Shown here in pieces: positions 8,627-20,216 of a DNA stretch of 64,000 nucleotides; position 1 is the stretch's first letter, and each line of letters starts with the position of its first letter. Source of the DNA: Actinomycetales bacterium (lineage in GTDB: Bacteria > Actinomycetota > Actinomycetes > Nanopelagicales > Nanopelagicaceae); NCBI GenBank assembly GCA_018970885.1, contig JAGWVL010000001.1, positions 2,035 through 66,034 on the forward strand, written 5' to 3'. Below the pieces are notes generated by a model, which did not search any database, was not told where the DNA came from, and saw nothing but the letters and a program-made list of their open reading frames with translations. Position numbers and translations under genes: made by a program.

Positions 8627-9564
8627 GTAACCGTGAATTGCGCACCTTGTCGGTACCAGAAGGAGTCGCGGGGGAGCGAATTGATAGCGCACTGACACGT
8701 GTACTGGGATTATCAAGAACTGCAGTTGTCAAACTGCTTGAAGATGGCGACATTACAACCGGTGGTAAGGCGATGCCGAAATCAGATCGCGTTACCGCAG
8801 GACAAATCATTGATGTGCTGATGCCAGCACCTGTAAACACGGATCCAATTCCACTAACACCTCTTGAAGGTTTAAACATTGTTTTTGATGATCAAGACAT
8901 GGTTGTTATTGATAAACCCATTGGTTGTGCAGCCCATCCAAGTCCAGGATGGTCAGGTCCAACTGTTGTTGGTGCTTTGATGGCCGCCGGTTACTCCATT
9001 TCAACATCTGGTCCGGCAGAGCGTCAAGGAATAGTTCATCGTTTAGATGTTGGTACCAGCGGATTAATGGTTATTGCTAAGAGCGATAAAGCCTTTCATG
9101 TTCTCAAGGATGCATTTAGAAATCGAACCGTTGACAAGATTTATCATGCAATGGTTCAGGGTCACATGGATCCTGCTACGGGAACAATTGATGCACCCAT
9201 TGATCGTCACCCAAAAGAGGATCACCGATTTGCTGTGATGGCAACCGGTAAGGAATCAATTACCCATTACGAGGTGATCGAGTTTTATCGTGGCGTATCA
9301 ATGGTCAAGGTCGAACTTGAAACCGGTCGCACCCATCAAATTCGTGTTCACTTTTCAGCGCTGCACCATCCACTCGTTGGTGACACAACATATGGCGCAG
9401 ATCCAGTCTTAGCTAAAAGTTTGCAGATGTCCAGGCCCTGGCTTCATGCTGCAGAGCTTGGCTTCGCCCACCCAGTTACGGGGGAGGCTCTCAACTTCCA
9501 CGCCCCATATCCAGCCGATCTCACACGCTCCCTGGCGTTGCTTTCCGACGCCGTTCTTCCGTAA
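8623..9564 (+). CDS. RluA/RluD family pseudouridine synthase
   Basis: N-terminal S4 domain, HRLDVGTSG, TGRTHQIRVH, LHA. Confidence 0.96.
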   Translation: MSNRELRTLSVPEGVAGERIDSALTRVLGLSRTAVVKLLEDGDITTGGKAMPKSDRVTAGQIIDVLMPAPVNTDPIPLTPLEGLNIVFDDQDMVVIDKPIGCAAHPSPGWSGPTVVGALMAAGYSISTSGPAERQGIVHRLDVGTSGLMVIAKSDKAFHVLKDAFRNRTVDKIYHAMVQGHMDPATGTIDAPIDRHPKEDHRFAVMATGKESITHYEVIEFYRGVSMVKVELETGRTHQIRVHFSALHHPLVGDTTYGADPVLAKSLQMSRPWLHAAELGFAHPVTGEALNFHAPYPADLTRSLALLSDAVLP

Positions 9565-9582
9565 CCACTAATCTCGCCAATC

Positions 9583-12500
9583 ATGTCTAAAGACAATTTC
9601 GTCCACCTTCACGTACACACCGAGTATTCAATGCTCGATGGCGCCGCTCGAGTTAACGATTTAATCGCTGAGGTCAAAGCACAAGGCATGCCCGCCATTG
9701 CAATGACCGACCACGGAAATGTTTTCGGTGCATTTGAGTTTTATAAGGCGGCAAAAAAGGCTGATGTAAAGCCAATCATTGGGATTGAAGCCTACGTTGC
9801 ACCTGAATCGCGTTTCGATAAAAAGCGTGTTCAGTGGGCAGAAGGTGGCGAGGATGATGTTTCAGGTGGTGGTGCATATACCCACATGACAATCTTGGCG
9901 GAGAACAATGAAGGCTTAGGAAATCTTTTTAGGTTGTCCTCACTTGCTTCACTTGAAGGTTATTACTATAAGCCACGAATGGATCGCGAGCTTCTTGCTA
10001 AATACGCAAAGGGATTGATCGCAACGACTGGATGTCCGGGCGGTGAAATTCAAACAAGACTTCGCATGGGTGCATACAAGGAAGCAATAAAGGCAGCTAG
10101 TGAGTATCGCGACATTTTTGGAAAAGAGAACTTTTTCCTCGAGGTCATGGATCACGGAATCGAAATTGAGGCTCGTGTTAAAGCAGATTTAATGAAGCTA
10201 GGTAAAGAGTTAGGTCTCCCACTACTTGCTACCAACGATCTGCACTACACACGTCAAGAAGATGCCGGTGCACATGAAGCTTTGTTGTGCGTTCAATCCG
10301 GTTCGACCTTGGCAGACCCTAAGAGATTTAAATTTGATAACGACTCCTTTTATGTAAAGACTGCAGCCCAAATGCGCGAATTATTTAAGGAGAACCCTGA
10401 AAGTTGCGATAACACATTGCTAATCGCCGAACGATGCAGTATCACCTTGCGCGAAGGTGAAAATTTACTGCCGCATTTTGAGGTACCAGCGGGTGAAACT
10501 GAAGACTCTTGGTTAAAGAAAGAGGCTGAACGTGGCCTCAGAGAACGGTTAGGTTCGCGGATTACACCTGCTCATGAAGATCGCCTGAAGTACGAGCTTG
10601 GCGTCATGGAAAAGATGGGTTTTCCTGGTTACTTTCTTGTTGTTGCAGACCTTGTAGCTCATGCAAAGAAGGTTGGTATTCGCGTCGGTCCAGGTCGAGG
10701 CTCTGCAGCTGGTTCATTGGTTGCATACGCTCTTGGAATTACCGGGTTAGATCCACTTGAACATGGTCTCTTGTTTGAGCGATTCCTTAATCCTGAGCGT
10801 ATCTCTATGCCTGATATCGACTTGGACTTTGATGAGCGTCGCCGTAGCGAAATGATCCGATACGCCACTGATAAATATGGAGAAGATCGTGTTGCGCAGA
10901 TTATTACCTATGGAACCATTAAATCTAAGCAAGCGATTAAGGATTCAACCCGAGTTCTAGGTTATCCATATGTGGTCGGGGAGAAGTTAACTAAGGCGCT
11001 TCCACCATCGGTCATGGGTAAGGATATTTCGCTCAGCGGAGTCTTTGATTCAAAGGATGATCGTTACGGCGAAGCAGGTGAGTTCCGATCCTTATACAAC
11101 TCAGATCCAGATTCAAAGCGTGTTGTAGATACTGCTCGTGGTCTTGAAGGTTTAAAACGTCAATGGAGTGTTCACGCAGCAGGTGTGATTCTTTCACGTG
11201 AACCATTGTTGGATGTTATTCCAATTCACCGTCGTGAAGCAGATGGAGCGATTATTACCCAGTTTGATATGGGTGCTTGTGAAGCAACTGGATTGCTCAA
11301 GATGGATTTTTTAGGATTGCGAAATCTCTCTGTCCTTGACGATTGCCTACGCAACATCAAAGCAAACCAAGGTATAGATGTAGTCCTAGAGGATTTAACC
11401 TTGGATGATCCCAAGACCTATGAACTTTTAAGCCGTGGAGACACTTTGGGTGTATTCCAACTCGATGGTGGACCAATGCGGGCTTTACTACGAAGTATGT
11501 CCCCCGATTCATTTGAGGACATTTCAGCGGTTATCGCGTTGTACCGTCCAGGTCCAATGGGCGAAAATGCGCACAACAACTACGCAGATCGTAAAAATGG
11601 TCGCAAGCCAGTTGAACCGATCCACCCCGAATTATCGGAACCGCTTAATGAGATCTTGGGCGATACCTATGGGTTAATTGTTTATCAAGAGCAGGTTATG
11701 GCGATAGCGCAAAAGGTTGCGGGTTTTACACTCGGACGCGCAGATCTTTTGCGTAAAGCCATGGGTAAGAAGAACAAGGACATTCTGGATAAAGAGTATG
11801 TGCCCTTCGAAGCTGGCATGAAGCAAAATGGTTTCTCTACCGCTGCAATAAAACGCTTGTGGGAAGTTCTAATTCCATTTTCTGATTACGCATTTAACCG
11901 TGCACATTCTGCCGGCTATGGTGTTGTTTCTTACTGGACCGCATATTTAAAGGCGAATTACCCCACTGAATACATGGCTGCACTTTTAACCTCTGTTCGC
12001 GATGACAAGGATAAATCTGCGCTCTACCTATCTGAGTGCCGCCGAATGGGAATCAAGGTATTGCCTCCCGATGTCAATGAATCTGATGCCGAATACACAC
12101 CCCGTGGAGTCGACATTCGTTTCGGATTAGCGGCAATTAGAAATGTGGGAGAAGGTGTAGTCGCATCGATTAAAAGCGCTCGGGACTCTAAGGGACGTTT
12201 CACCTCATTTGGTGATTTCCTGGCAAAGGTCGATGCACAGGTGTGCAATAAGAAGACAATTGAATCGCTCATTAAGGCAGGAGCTTTTGGCTCTCTTGGT
12301 TCGACTCGGAAGGGTCTGATGGCAGTTCACCTCGAAGCGATTGATTCAGTAATCGAATCAAAGCGTGCAGAGGCTATTGGTCAATTTGATCTCTTTGGTG
12401 GAGAAGCGGTTACGGCAGTTTCTGGATTAGATATCGAAGTTCCAACTGGCGAATGGGATAAAGCTATGTTGCTCTCTTATGAACGTGAGATGTTAGGCCT

Positions 12501-13080
12501 TTACGTTTCTGATCACCCATTACTTGGTGTGGAGCATGTTTTGCGAGCAAACACCGACATGTCGATCAGCGAGCTTGTTGATGATGGTGCTCAGCATGAA
12601 TCAATTGTCACTATTGGTGGATTGATCACAACTGTTACTCGAAAGGTTTCTCGACAAGGAGCATCATGGGCGGTTGTAACAGTTGAAGATCTTGAAGGTG
12701 CACTTGAAGTTCTATTCTTTGCAAATACTTACAACCAATACTCGATGTCTTTAACCGAGGATCGAATTGTGACGATTCGTGGTCGCGTAGATCGTCGCGA
12801 AGATGCCCTGAGATTTACCGCACTAGAAATGACTATGCCAGACATCAGCGCAGGACCAACGGGACCACTAGTCATCACACTGCCAATTCAGCAATGCACA
12901 CCACCCGTTGTAGATCGCATTAAGGAGATCTTGCGCTCACATCCCGGAAAGCGCGAAGTTCATCTGCAGCTTCTCGATAATGGAAGCAGCACCGTTATGA
13001 AGGTCGATGCATTGATTACATCTTCACCAAGTTTGAGCGCTGATTTGAAATCAATTTTGGGACCTAACTGCCTGGTATAA
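9583..13080 (+). CDS. dnaE: DNA polymerase III alpha subunit
   Basis: PHP domain HLHVHTEYS, GRGSAAGS, MPDIDLDF, OB fold; no intein visible. Confidence 0.99.
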   Translation: MSKDNFVHLHVHTEYSMLDGAARVNDLIAEVKAQGMPAIAMTDHGNVFGAFEFYKAAKKADVKPIIGIEAYVAPESRFDKKRVQWAEGGEDDVSGGGAYTHMTILAENNEGLGNLFRLSSLASLEGYYYKPRMDRELLAKYAKGLIATTGCPGGEIQTRLRMGAYKEAIKAASEYRDIFGKENFFLEVMDHGIEIEARVKADLMKLGKELGLPLLATNDLHYTRQEDAGAHEALLCVQSGSTLADPKRFKFDNDSFYVKTAAQMRELFKENPESCDNTLLIAERCSITLREGENLLPHFEVPAGETEDSWLKKEAERGLRERLGSRITPAHEDRLKYELGVMEKMGFPGYFLVVADLVAHAKKVGIRVGPGRGSAAGSLVAYALGITGLDPLEHGLLFERFLNPERISMPDIDLDFDERRRSEMIRYATDKYGEDRVAQIITYGTIKSKQAIKDSTRVLGYPYVVGEKLTKALPPSVMGKDISLSGVFDSKDDRYGEAGEFRSLYNSDPDSKRVVDTARGLEGLKRQWSVHAAGVILSREPLLDVIPIHRREADGAIITQFDMGACEATGLLKMDFLGLRNLSVLDDCLRNIKANQGIDVVLEDLTLDDPKTYELLSRGDTLGVFQLDGGPMRALLRSMSPDSFEDISAVIALYRPGPMGENAHNNYADRKNGRKPVEPIHPELSEPLNEILGDTYGLIVYQEQVMAIAQKVAGFTLGRADLLRKAMGKKNKDILDKEYVPFEAGMKQNGFSTAAIKRLWEVLIPFSDYAFNRAHSAGYGVVSYWTAYLKANYPTEYMAALLTSVRDDKDKSALYLSECRRMGIKVLPPDVNESDAEYTPRGVDIRFGLAAIRNVGEGVVASIKSARDSKGRFTSFGDFLAKVDAQVCNKKTIESLIKAGAFGSLGSTRKGLMAVHLEAIDSVIESKRAEAIGQFDLFGGEAVTAVSGLDIEVPTGEWDKAMLLSYEREMLGLYVSDHPLLGVEHVLRANTDMSISELVDDGAQHESIVTIGGLITTVTRKVSRQGASWAVVTVEDLEGALEVLFFANTYNQYSMSLTEDRIVTIRGRVDRREDALRFTALEMTMPDISAGPTGPLVITLPIQQCTPPVVDRIKEILRSHPGKREVHLQLLDNGSSTVMKVDALITSSPSLSADLKSILGPNCLV

Positions 13081-13122
13081 ATTAAAGGGCGGGGGTTGCC
13101 TCCTTGCCGTTACAATTACCCA

Positions 13123-14433
13123 ATGATTCGTACCGTAGACCTGCGCGGACGATCCTTGTCTAAAGCTCAATACAACGCTGAACTTCCTCGAGCAACGCTC
13201 AATGTGGCTGAGGCGATGGCACTTATCGAGCCCATTGTGGCGCGAGTAAAGAATGGAACCCAGGAAGATCTCATCGCTCTGGCTCAAGAGTTTGATGGCG
13301 TGACCCCACCCAGTATTCGGGTTCCCCAGAGCGCACTCGATGCAGCCCTTTCTCAATTAGATCCCGTGATTAGAACCGCTCTAGAACTTTCAATTTCGCG
13401 TATTACCAAAGTTCATAAGGACCAACTTCGAACTAGCAAAACAACTACTGTCGTAGATGGTGGAACGGTTACCGAAAAATGGATTCCCGTAGATCGAGTT
13501 GGTCTTTATGTTCCAGGCGGTCGCGCCGTTTACCCAAGCAGTGTGATGATGAATGTCATTCCTGCACAGATCGCAAAGGTCCAATCAATCGCCGTCGCAT
13601 CACCACCACAAAAGGATTTTGGTGGCTTGCCACACCCGACGATTCTTGCAACCTGCGCGCTACTTGGAATCACCGAGGTTTATGCCGTTGGGGGAGCGCA
13701 AGCAATCGCACTCTTTGCTTACGGCATGGAAGGCGTGTGTGAAAAAGCTGATCTTGTTACAGGTCCTGGAAATATTTATGTTGCTGCAGCAAAACGGGCG
13801 CTGCGTGGAATCATCGGAATTGATTCTGAAGCCGGTCCAACCGAGATCGCAGTTTTAGCTGACTCATCAGCAATCGCCGCCGATGTAGCTGCTGATTTGA
13901 TTAGTCAAGCAGAACACGATGTGATCGCTGCAGCAGTACTGGTAACTGATTCAGTTGAGTTAGCTCAGGCGGTTGAGGCTGAACTCACAGTACGTGTTGT
14001 AGCAACCAAGCATGCGGATCGAATCATGAGCGCGCTTTCTGGAGTTCAATCTGCGATCGTATTGGTAGATGACATGAAGCAAGGTTTAGATGTTGTTAAC
14101 GCTTACGCTGCAGAACACCTAGAGATTCAAACAAAAAACTCCCGCAGCGATGCTGAAAAGATTCGCAATGCCGGAGCTGTGTTTATCGGCCGTTTCTCAC
14201 CGGTTTCATTGGGCGATTACTCAGCAGGGTCAAATCACGTATTACCAACGGGTGGATGCGCATGTCACTCAAGCGGACTTTCAGTTCAAACCTTTCTACG
14301 TGGATTGCACTTTATTGAGTATGACCAAAAAGCCTTTACCGAGATTGTTGAGACCGTTGTGACCTTGGCAGATTCAGAGGATCTGCCTGCACATGGTGAA
14401 GCTATGAGAGCGCGCTTGGAGAATTTGTCATGA
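13123..14433 (+). CDS. hisD: Histidinol dehydrogenase
   Basis: [30 protein letters not shown]; ATG 13123 preceded by TACAAT. Confidence 0.97.
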   Translation: MIRTVDLRGRSLSKAQYNAELPRATLNVAEAMALIEPIVARVKNGTQEDLIALAQEFDGVTPPSIRVPQSALDAALSQLDPVIRTALELSISRITKVHKDQLRTSKTTTVVDGGTVTEKWIPVDRVGLYVPGGRAVYPSSVMMNVIPAQIAKVQSIAVASPPQKDFGGLPHPTILATCALLGITEVYAVGGAQAIALFAYGMEGVCEKADLVTGPGNIYVAAAKRALRGIIGIDSEAGPTEIAVLADSSAIAADVAADLISQAEHDVIAAAVLVTDSVELAQAVEAELTVRVVATKHADRIMSALSGVQSAIVLVDDMKQGLDVVNAYAAEHLEIQTKNSRSDAEKIRNAGAVFIGRFSPVSLGDYSAGSNHVLPTGGCACHSSGLSVQTFLRGLHFIEYDQKAFTEIVETVVTLADSEDLPAHGEAMRARLENLS

Positions 14434-15515
14434 GTTGGCCAAGTTGGTTGCCATTGCGCGAATCTCTGCGTCCCTTGTCACCGTATGGTGCACCGCAAGT
14501 TCCAGCTCAAGCATCATTAAATACAAATGAGAATCCTTATTCACCTTCACCAGCACTACAACAGTCAATCACCGATGCTGTTGCAAGGGTCGTAGCTGAT
14601 TTAAATCGTTACCCAGATCGTGATGCAAATGTTTTGCGCACCAAACTTGCCACCTACATCAACGAGAGAAGTGGTACCGGTTTCACACTCGACAACATTT
14701 GGGCGGCTAATGGTTCAAATGAGATTATTCAATCTATTTTCCTAGCCTTTGCTCAGGGTGCTGTGCTGGGCTTTACCCCCTCATATTCGATGCACCCATT
14801 GATTGCAAAAACAACTGGTGCGCAGTGGATTGATGGAAAGCGAAACTCTGATTTCTCCCTCAACACCCAGGATGCCGTAGTAGAAATCATTAAGCACAGA
14901 CCAAGCCTTACCTTTATTACAACTCCTAATAATCCAACAGGTGGTGCTGTCACGATAGAAGCGATTCAAAAGTTGGCTGATGCAGCAAACACTGTTGGGG
15001 GATTACTTGTAGTTGATGAAGCATATGCAGAGTTTTCGCAGGAACTTTCAGCCGTAACTCTTATTTCAAAAAATCCACATGTAATCGTCATTCGCACCAT
15101 GAGTAAGGCCTTTGCCTTTGCTGGAGCACGTGTTGGTTACCTTGTCAGTGATGTTGCGGTCAAAGATGCGATGATGATTGTTCGATTGCCGTATCACCTC
15201 AGCGCACTTACCCAAGCAGCAGCCCAGGTAGCTATTGATCACCGCGCTGAATTATTGAGTGGAGTTTCAACCTTGATTGCAGCTCGTGCTGATCTCATCA
15301 ATGCATTGCATCAGATGGGGTTGCAAACCGTTCCGAGCAGCGCCAACTTCATTCTCTTCACAGGTTTCAAGCAGGATGCGCCACAACTGTGGTCAGCCTT
15401 GCTGGAAAAGGGTGTTCTGATTAGAGATGTGGGATTATCAGGGTACTTAAGAGTCACCATTGGCAATGAAGCCGAGAATCAATTGTTTATTTCAGCCCTC
15501 AAAGAGCTCATTTAA
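14430..15515 (+). CDS. hisC: Histidinol-phosphate aminotransferase
   Basis: NTNENPY, PNNPTG, DEAY, RTMSKAF. Confidence 0.97.
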   Translation: MSWPSWLPLRESLRPLSPYGAPQVPAQASLNTNENPYSPSPALQQSITDAVARVVADLNRYPDRDANVLRTKLATYINERSGTGFTLDNIWAANGSNEIIQSIFLAFAQGAVLGFTPSYSMHPLIAKTTGAQWIDGKRNSDFSLNTQDAVVEIIKHRPSLTFITTPNNPTGGAVTIEAIQKLADAANTVGGLLVVDEAYAEFSQELSAVTLISKNPHVIVIRTMSKAFAFAGARVGYLVSDVAVKDAMMIVRLPYHLSALTQAAAQVAIDHRAELLSGVSTLIAARADLINALHQMGLQTVPSSANFILFTGFKQDAPQLWSALLEKGVLIRDVGLSGYLRVTIGNEAENQLFISALKELI

Positions 15516-15526
15516 AGGAGATACCC

Positions 15527-16111
15527 ATGAGAACAGCACGCGTCGAAAGAAAGACAAAAGAATCGCATGTACTCGTTGAGATAAATTTAGATGGCCAGGG
15601 CATCATCGATGTCGACACAGGAGTGCCTTTTTTTGATCACATGATGTCTCAATTGGGTAAGCACTCAGGTTTTGATCTAACGGTTAAGACAAAAGGTGAT
15701 GTAGATGTTGATTCACACCACACTGTTGAAGATACATCTCTTGCATTTGGACAAGCGCTTCGAGAAGCGCTGGGGGATAAGTCTGGTATCCGTCGCTTTG
15801 GTGACTCAATGGTTCCACTTGATGAGGTTCTCGTTCAGGCTGCAGTTGATCTTTCAGGTCGCCCATACCTAGTGCATCGTCAACCAGAGATCGTTGAACT
15901 CATTGGAACTTTTGATACAACACTCGGAAAACACATCTGGGAATCAATCGTTGCTGAAGCTCGAATCGCACTACACATCCGCGTGCTTGAGGGTCGCAAC
16001 GCACACCATGTTTTTGAAGCGCAGTTCAAGGCGGTCGCTCGCGCACTGCGAGATGCGGTTTCACTTGATGGCAGAGTTGCCGGAATCCCTTCGACAAAAG
16101 GTTCTCTTTGA
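15527..16111 (+). CDS. hisB: Imidazoleglycerol-phosphate dehydratase
   Basis: FFDHM, DSHHTVED, NAHHVFEA. Confidence 0.98.
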   Translation: MRTARVERKTKESHVLVEINLDGQGIIDVDTGVPFFDHMMSQLGKHSGFDLTVKTKGDVDVDSHHTVEDTSLAFGQALREALGDKSGIRRFGDSMVPLDEVLVQAAVDLSGRPYLVHRQPEIVELIGTFDTTLGKHIWESIVAEARIALHIRVLEGRNAHHVFEAQFKAVARALRDAVSLDGRVAGIPSTKGSL

Positions 16112-16710
16112 TAGCAATTCTTGATTACGGCTCTGGAAATCTACGGTCTGCAGAACGTGCATTTGCAATAACGGGTAAAGAGGTTGTTGTTACCTCAGAT
16201 CCCACAGTGGCACTAGAAGCAGAAGGATTAGTGGTTCCAGGTGTTGGTGCATTTGCCGCATGTATGAATGGATTAAATAGTGTTCACGGTGCAGCTATTG
16301 TGCAAGAACGTTTAGCCAAGGAGCGCCCAACTTTAGGTATCTGTGTCGGTATGCAAATTATGTTTAGCCACGGAACTGAACATTCAGATACCGCTCCACA
16401 TACTGGCGTGGGCGTTTGGGATGGAATAGTTTCTCAATTAGGCGCACCAATTTTGCCTCACATGGGCTGGAACACAGTTGAAGTGGGATCAGATTCAGTT
16501 TTGTTTAAAGGAATTGAGGGAGAGTCTTTTTACTTTGTTCACTCTTTCGCTGCAAAAAACGCTGTCGGAAAGATGCAGGCTTGGAGCACTCATGGAGAAA
16601 GATTTTTAGCAGCTGTTGAAGATGGATACATGAGTGCAACTCAGTTTCACCCAGAAAAATCAGGAGCTGCTGGACTTGCCTTGATTAAGAATTGGGTGTG
16701 GTCGCTATGA
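16108..16710 (+). CDS. hisH: Imidazole glycerol phosphate synthase glutaminase subunit
   Basis: DYGSGN, PGVGAF, GICVGMQ, QFHPEKS; TTG start overlapping hisB stop. Confidence 0.97.
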   Translation: MIAILDYGSGNLRSAERAFAITGKEVVVTSDPTVALEAEGLVVPGVGAFAACMNGLNSVHGAAIVQERLAKERPTLGICVGMQIMFSHGTEHSDTAPHTGVGVWDGIVSQLGAPILPHMGWNTVEVGSDSVLFKGIEGESFYFVHSFAAKNAVGKMQAWSTHGERFLAAVEDGYMSATQFHPEKSGAAGLALIKNWVWSL

Positions 16711-17432
16711 GTTACTTGGAGCTTCTTCCAGCGGTTGATGTTAAAGATGGCCGTGCGGTACGACTTGTTCAAGGTGAGCTCGATAAGGAGAGCATTTACG
16801 GAGCACCTCTTGAAGTTGCACTTGAGTTTCAAGCAGCAGGTGCCGAATGGCTTCACCTGGTAGATCTAGATGCTGCCTTTGGTCGCGGAGAAAACTCTGC
16901 ATTGTTAGCCGAAGTTGTTGGAATGTTGGATATTAAGGTCGAACTTTCAGGTGGAATTCGCGATGATGAATCCTTGCATCGTGCTCTTGCTACTGGTTGT
17001 CAGCGAGTGAACTTAGGGACCGCAGCTCTTGAAGATCCAGAATGGACTGCTCGCGTGATTGCACAGCATGGTGATCGCATAGCGGTTGGGTTAGATGTTC
17101 GCGGACACACATTGGCAGCGCGTGGCTGGACTAAGGAAGGTGGAGATTTATTTGAAACCCTTGAGCGTTTAGATCGCGATGGATGTGCTCGCTATGTTGT
17201 AACTGATGTTGCTAAAGATGGAACCCTGGCTGGACCAAATATTGAATTACTCAAAACCGTATGTGCAGCAACAAACAAGCCAGTAATTGCAAGTGGTGGA
17301 ATCTCATCATTAGATGACATCGCAGCCCTTGCCGCACTTCGCGCAACAGGTGTTGAAGGCGCAATTGTTGGCAAAGCTCTCTATGCAGGAAAGTTCACCT
17401 TGCAAGAAGCGATAAAGGCCAGCGGAAAATGA
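16707..17432 (+). CDS. priA: Phosphoribosyl isomerase (HisA/PriA)
   Basis: [26 protein letters not shown] motif of actinobacterial PriA; ATGA overlap with hisH. Confidence 0.93.
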   Translation: MSYLELLPAVDVKDGRAVRLVQGELDKESIYGAPLEVALEFQAAGAEWLHLVDLDAAFGRGENSALLAEVVGMLDIKVELSGGIRDDESLHRALATGCQRVNLGTAALEDPEWTARVIAQHGDRIAVGLDVRGHTLAARGWTKEGGDLFETLERLDRDGCARYVVTDVAKDGTLAGPNIELLKTVCAATNKPVIASGGISSLDDIAALAALRATGVEGAIVGKALYAGKFTLQEAIKASGK

Positions 17433-18202
17433 CGCTGTCTGTTCGCATCATTCCCTGCCTTGATGTCACTGATGGTCGAGTTGTTAAAGGCGTTAACTTC
17501 ACCGATCTTGTTGATGCAGGCGATCCGGTTGAGATGGCAGCTGTATACAACACAGAGGGTGCTGACGAGTTAACTTTTCTAGATATTTCAGCCAGTGTTG
17601 CAGGACGTGAAACTACTCTCGATGTTGTTCGGCGCACTGCCGAACAAGTATTTATTCCCCTGACTGTTGGTGGCGGTATTCGAAGTGTTGAAGATGTGGA
17701 CCGGCTATTGCGTGCTGGTGCTGACAAGGTATCAATAAATACATCGGCACTTGAACGTCCACAATTGATCGCTGAAATTGCAGATCGCTTTGGCTCGCAG
17801 GTTTTAGTTCTCTCAGTAGATGCACGACGTGCTCGCACGGAATCTGGATTTGAAGTGACAACTCATGGTGGACGACGAAGTGCAGGTGTTGATGCACTTG
17901 CCTGGGTAGAGCAAGCATGCGCATTTGGTGTTGGTGAAATTCTGCTCAACTCAATGGATGCAGATGGAACTCGCGCAGGTTATGACATCGGAATGATTAC
18001 CGCGGTTCGTGCTGTTTCTAAGGTTCCTTTGATTGCCAGTGGTGGCGCAGGCTCACTCGAAGATTTCTCAGCCGCCCTCGATGCCGGAGCTGATGCGCTG
18101 CTGGCGGCGAGTGTTTTTCACTTCGGAGTTCACCGCATTCGCGATGTGAAGAGCTATCTCGGTAAGCACAATTATCCAGTGCGCGCCGCCGCCGTTGGGT
18201 AA
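17429..18202 (+). CDS. hisF: Imidazole glycerol phosphate synthase cyclase subunit
   Basis: [28 protein letters not shown]. Confidence 0.98.
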   Translation: MTLSVRIIPCLDVTDGRVVKGVNFTDLVDAGDPVEMAAVYNTEGADELTFLDISASVAGRETTLDVVRRTAEQVFIPLTVGGGIRSVEDVDRLLRAGADKVSINTSALERPQLIAEIADRFGSQVLVLSVDARRARTESGFEVTTHGGRRSAGVDALAWVEQACAFGVGEILLNSMDADGTRAGYDIGMITAVRAVSKVPLIASGGAGSLEDFSAALDAGADALLAASVFHFGVHRIRDVKSYLGKHNYPVRAAAVG

Positions 18203-18216
18203 GGCAGAATAAGCAC

Positions 18217-18558
18217 ATGACAACTCTGGATCCGCAGGTGGCTGCACTTCTTAAGAATCCAGATGCCTTAATTCCAGCAATTGTGCAAGATTCAACAAGC
18301 AAAGAAGTTTTGATGCTGGCGTACATGAATGCCGAATCACTAGAACTCACTCTGACATCTGGAAAGGCCACCTACTGGTCACGCAGTCGAAATGAGTTAT
18401 GGGTCAAGGGTGCAACCTCAGGGCACTATCAAGATGTGCAATCAATCACCTTGGATTGTGATGGAGATGCATTAATCATGCAGGTAGTTCAAACTGGTGC
18501 AGCATGCCATACTGGAGATCGCTCCTGTTTTCACACGCCACTAGAGCTGCGACCGTAA
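18217..18558 (+). CDS. hisI: Phosphoribosyl-AMP cyclohydrolase
   Basis: YWSRSR, KGATSG, DCDGD, ACHTG..SCF. Confidence 0.97.
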   Translation: MTTLDPQVAALLKNPDALIPAIVQDSTSKEVLMLAYMNAESLELTLTSGKATYWSRSRNELWVKGATSGHYQDVQSITLDCDGDALIMQVVQTGAACHTGDRSCFHTPLELRP

Positions 18559-18561
18559 ACA

Positions 18562-20049
18562 ATGAATCTTGAAGAGTTTCGTGTCTACGCAAAGGTTTCA
18601 AATGTCATTCCCGTATCGCGCAAACTCTTAGCCGACTCTGAAACTCCATTGGGTGTCTACAAGAAATTAGCAAAGAGTGGAGCAAACACATTTCTTTTAG
18701 AGTCTGCAGAACATGGCGGAGCGTGGTCTCGTTACTCATTTATCGGTGTTCGCAGCGAGGCCACATTAAGCGAGAAGGATGGATTGGCGTATTGGCAGGG
18801 GATCGCTCCAGCGGGAGCGCCCACTGGGATTGATCCATTGGAGGCGTTGCGTCTTTCTGCAGCACATTTGAAATCACCCAAGATTGCAGGTTTACCTCCA
18901 CTGACAGGTGGATTAGTTGGCTTCATGGGGTATGACGTGGTTCGTCGATTAGAAAAACTGCCATCGTTAGCTCACAAAGACATTCCTCTTCCGGAGCTCT
19001 CTTTTATGCTCACTAGTGATTTAGCGGTGATGGATCACAGCGATGGAACCATCACATTAATTGCCAATGCGATTAATTGGGATGGAAGCGATGATCGAAT
19101 CGATGAGGCTTATGCATCCTGCGTTGAACGTTTAGACCGTATGCAAGCAGATTTAGCGATCTCACTGCCAGGTGATGCAGCAGCTATTCCTGATTTTTCG
19201 CTGCCGAATTACACAGGAAATATTTCAGCTGATCAATTCAAGAAGAGCATCGCAAAAGTTAAGGAAGAAATCTTGGCAGGTGAGGCCTTCCAAGTTGTTT
19301 TGTCGCAACGCTTCTCGATTCCATGTACCGCAGATGCAATTGATGTGTACCGAATGCTTCGACTTAATAATCCTTCGCCGTACATGTACCTATTTCGCTT
19401 TACAGATGGAATCGAAATCGTTGGTTCCAGCCCAGAAGCGTTAGTGAAAGTTAATCAAGAGGATGTGATGATCCATCCCATCGCAGGTACTCGAAAGAGA
19501 TCTGCAAATCCTGAGGAGGATCATCGATTAGCAGAAGAGCTACTTGCCGATCCTAAGGAACGTGCAGAGCATTTGATGCTGGTAGATCTTGGAAGAAATG
19601 ATTTAGGTCGAGTCTGTGCTCCTGGATCAGTTGAAGTTGTTGATTTTATGCACATTGAGCGCTACTCACATGTGATGCACATAGTTTCAACAGTAATCGG
19701 AAAGCTTTCAAAGAAATCTTCACCAGTTGATGCGCTCTTTTCAGTATTTCCAGCAGGCACCTTGTCAGGAGCTCCCAAGCCACGAGCTATGGAAATCATC
19801 GAAGAGCTAGAAACAACAAGACGTGGTGTTTATGGCGGCATAGTTGGGTACATTGATTTCACAGGTAATCTAGATACCTGTATCGCAATTAGAACAGCGT
19901 TGCTACACAACGGAACCGCTTATGTTCAAGCAGGTGCTGGTGTTGTCGCCGATTCAGATCCCGAATCAGAGAATCAAGAATGTCGCAATAAGGCGGCCGC
20001 GGTTTTGACAGCGGTGCATGCAGCTAATCGATTGGCGCAAAGGCCATGA
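18562..20049 (+). CDS. trpE: Anthranilate synthase component I
   Basis: FLLESAE, NPSPY, PIAGT, EHLMLVDLGRND, GTLSGAPK. Confidence 0.97.
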   Translation: MNLEEFRVYAKVSNVIPVSRKLLADSETPLGVYKKLAKSGANTFLLESAEHGGAWSRYSFIGVRSEATLSEKDGLAYWQGIAPAGAPTGIDPLEALRLSAAHLKSPKIAGLPPLTGGLVGFMGYDVVRRLEKLPSLAHKDIPLPELSFMLTSDLAVMDHSDGTITLIANAINWDGSDDRIDEAYASCVERLDRMQADLAISLPGDAAAIPDFSLPNYTGNISADQFKKSIAKVKEEILAGEAFQVVLSQRFSIPCTADAIDVYRMLRLNNPSPYMYLFRFTDGIEIVGSSPEALVKVNQEDVMIHPIAGTRKRSANPEEDHRLAEELLADPKERAEHLMLVDLGRNDLGRVCAPGSVEVVDFMHIERYSHVMHIVSTVIGKLSKKSSPVDALFSVFPAGTLSGAPKPRAMEIIEELETTRRGVYGGIVGYIDFTGNLDTCIAIRTALLHNGTAYVQAGAGVVADSDPESENQECRNKAAAVLTAVHAANRLAQRP

Positions 20050-20216
20050 GAGAGTTTCTGCCGATCATCATTTCACTTGTAGTGGTATTCGTACTCGTTG
20101 CGCTCATCTCTCGGCGATTTAAACTCTCATCACGCTATGAACGCAAACCGCGCCAACTCAATACCTGGAGCGCACTGGACCATGGAATTGATCCGACTTT
20201 GGATGAGAAATTATGA
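20046..20216 (+). CDS. 56-aa single-TM protein resembling the C-terminus of the Trp-biosynthesis-associated membrane protein (TIGR02234-like); absent from ORF track
   Basis: [56 protein letters not shown]; ATGA overlaps with both trpE and trpC. Confidence 0.85.
   Translation: MREFLPIIISLVVVFVLVALISRRFKLSSRYERKPRQLNTWSALDHGIDPTLDEKL

Noticed and set aside
9583-13080. Intein in DnaE
   Set aside because: Normal length and no insertion or splicing motifs seen.
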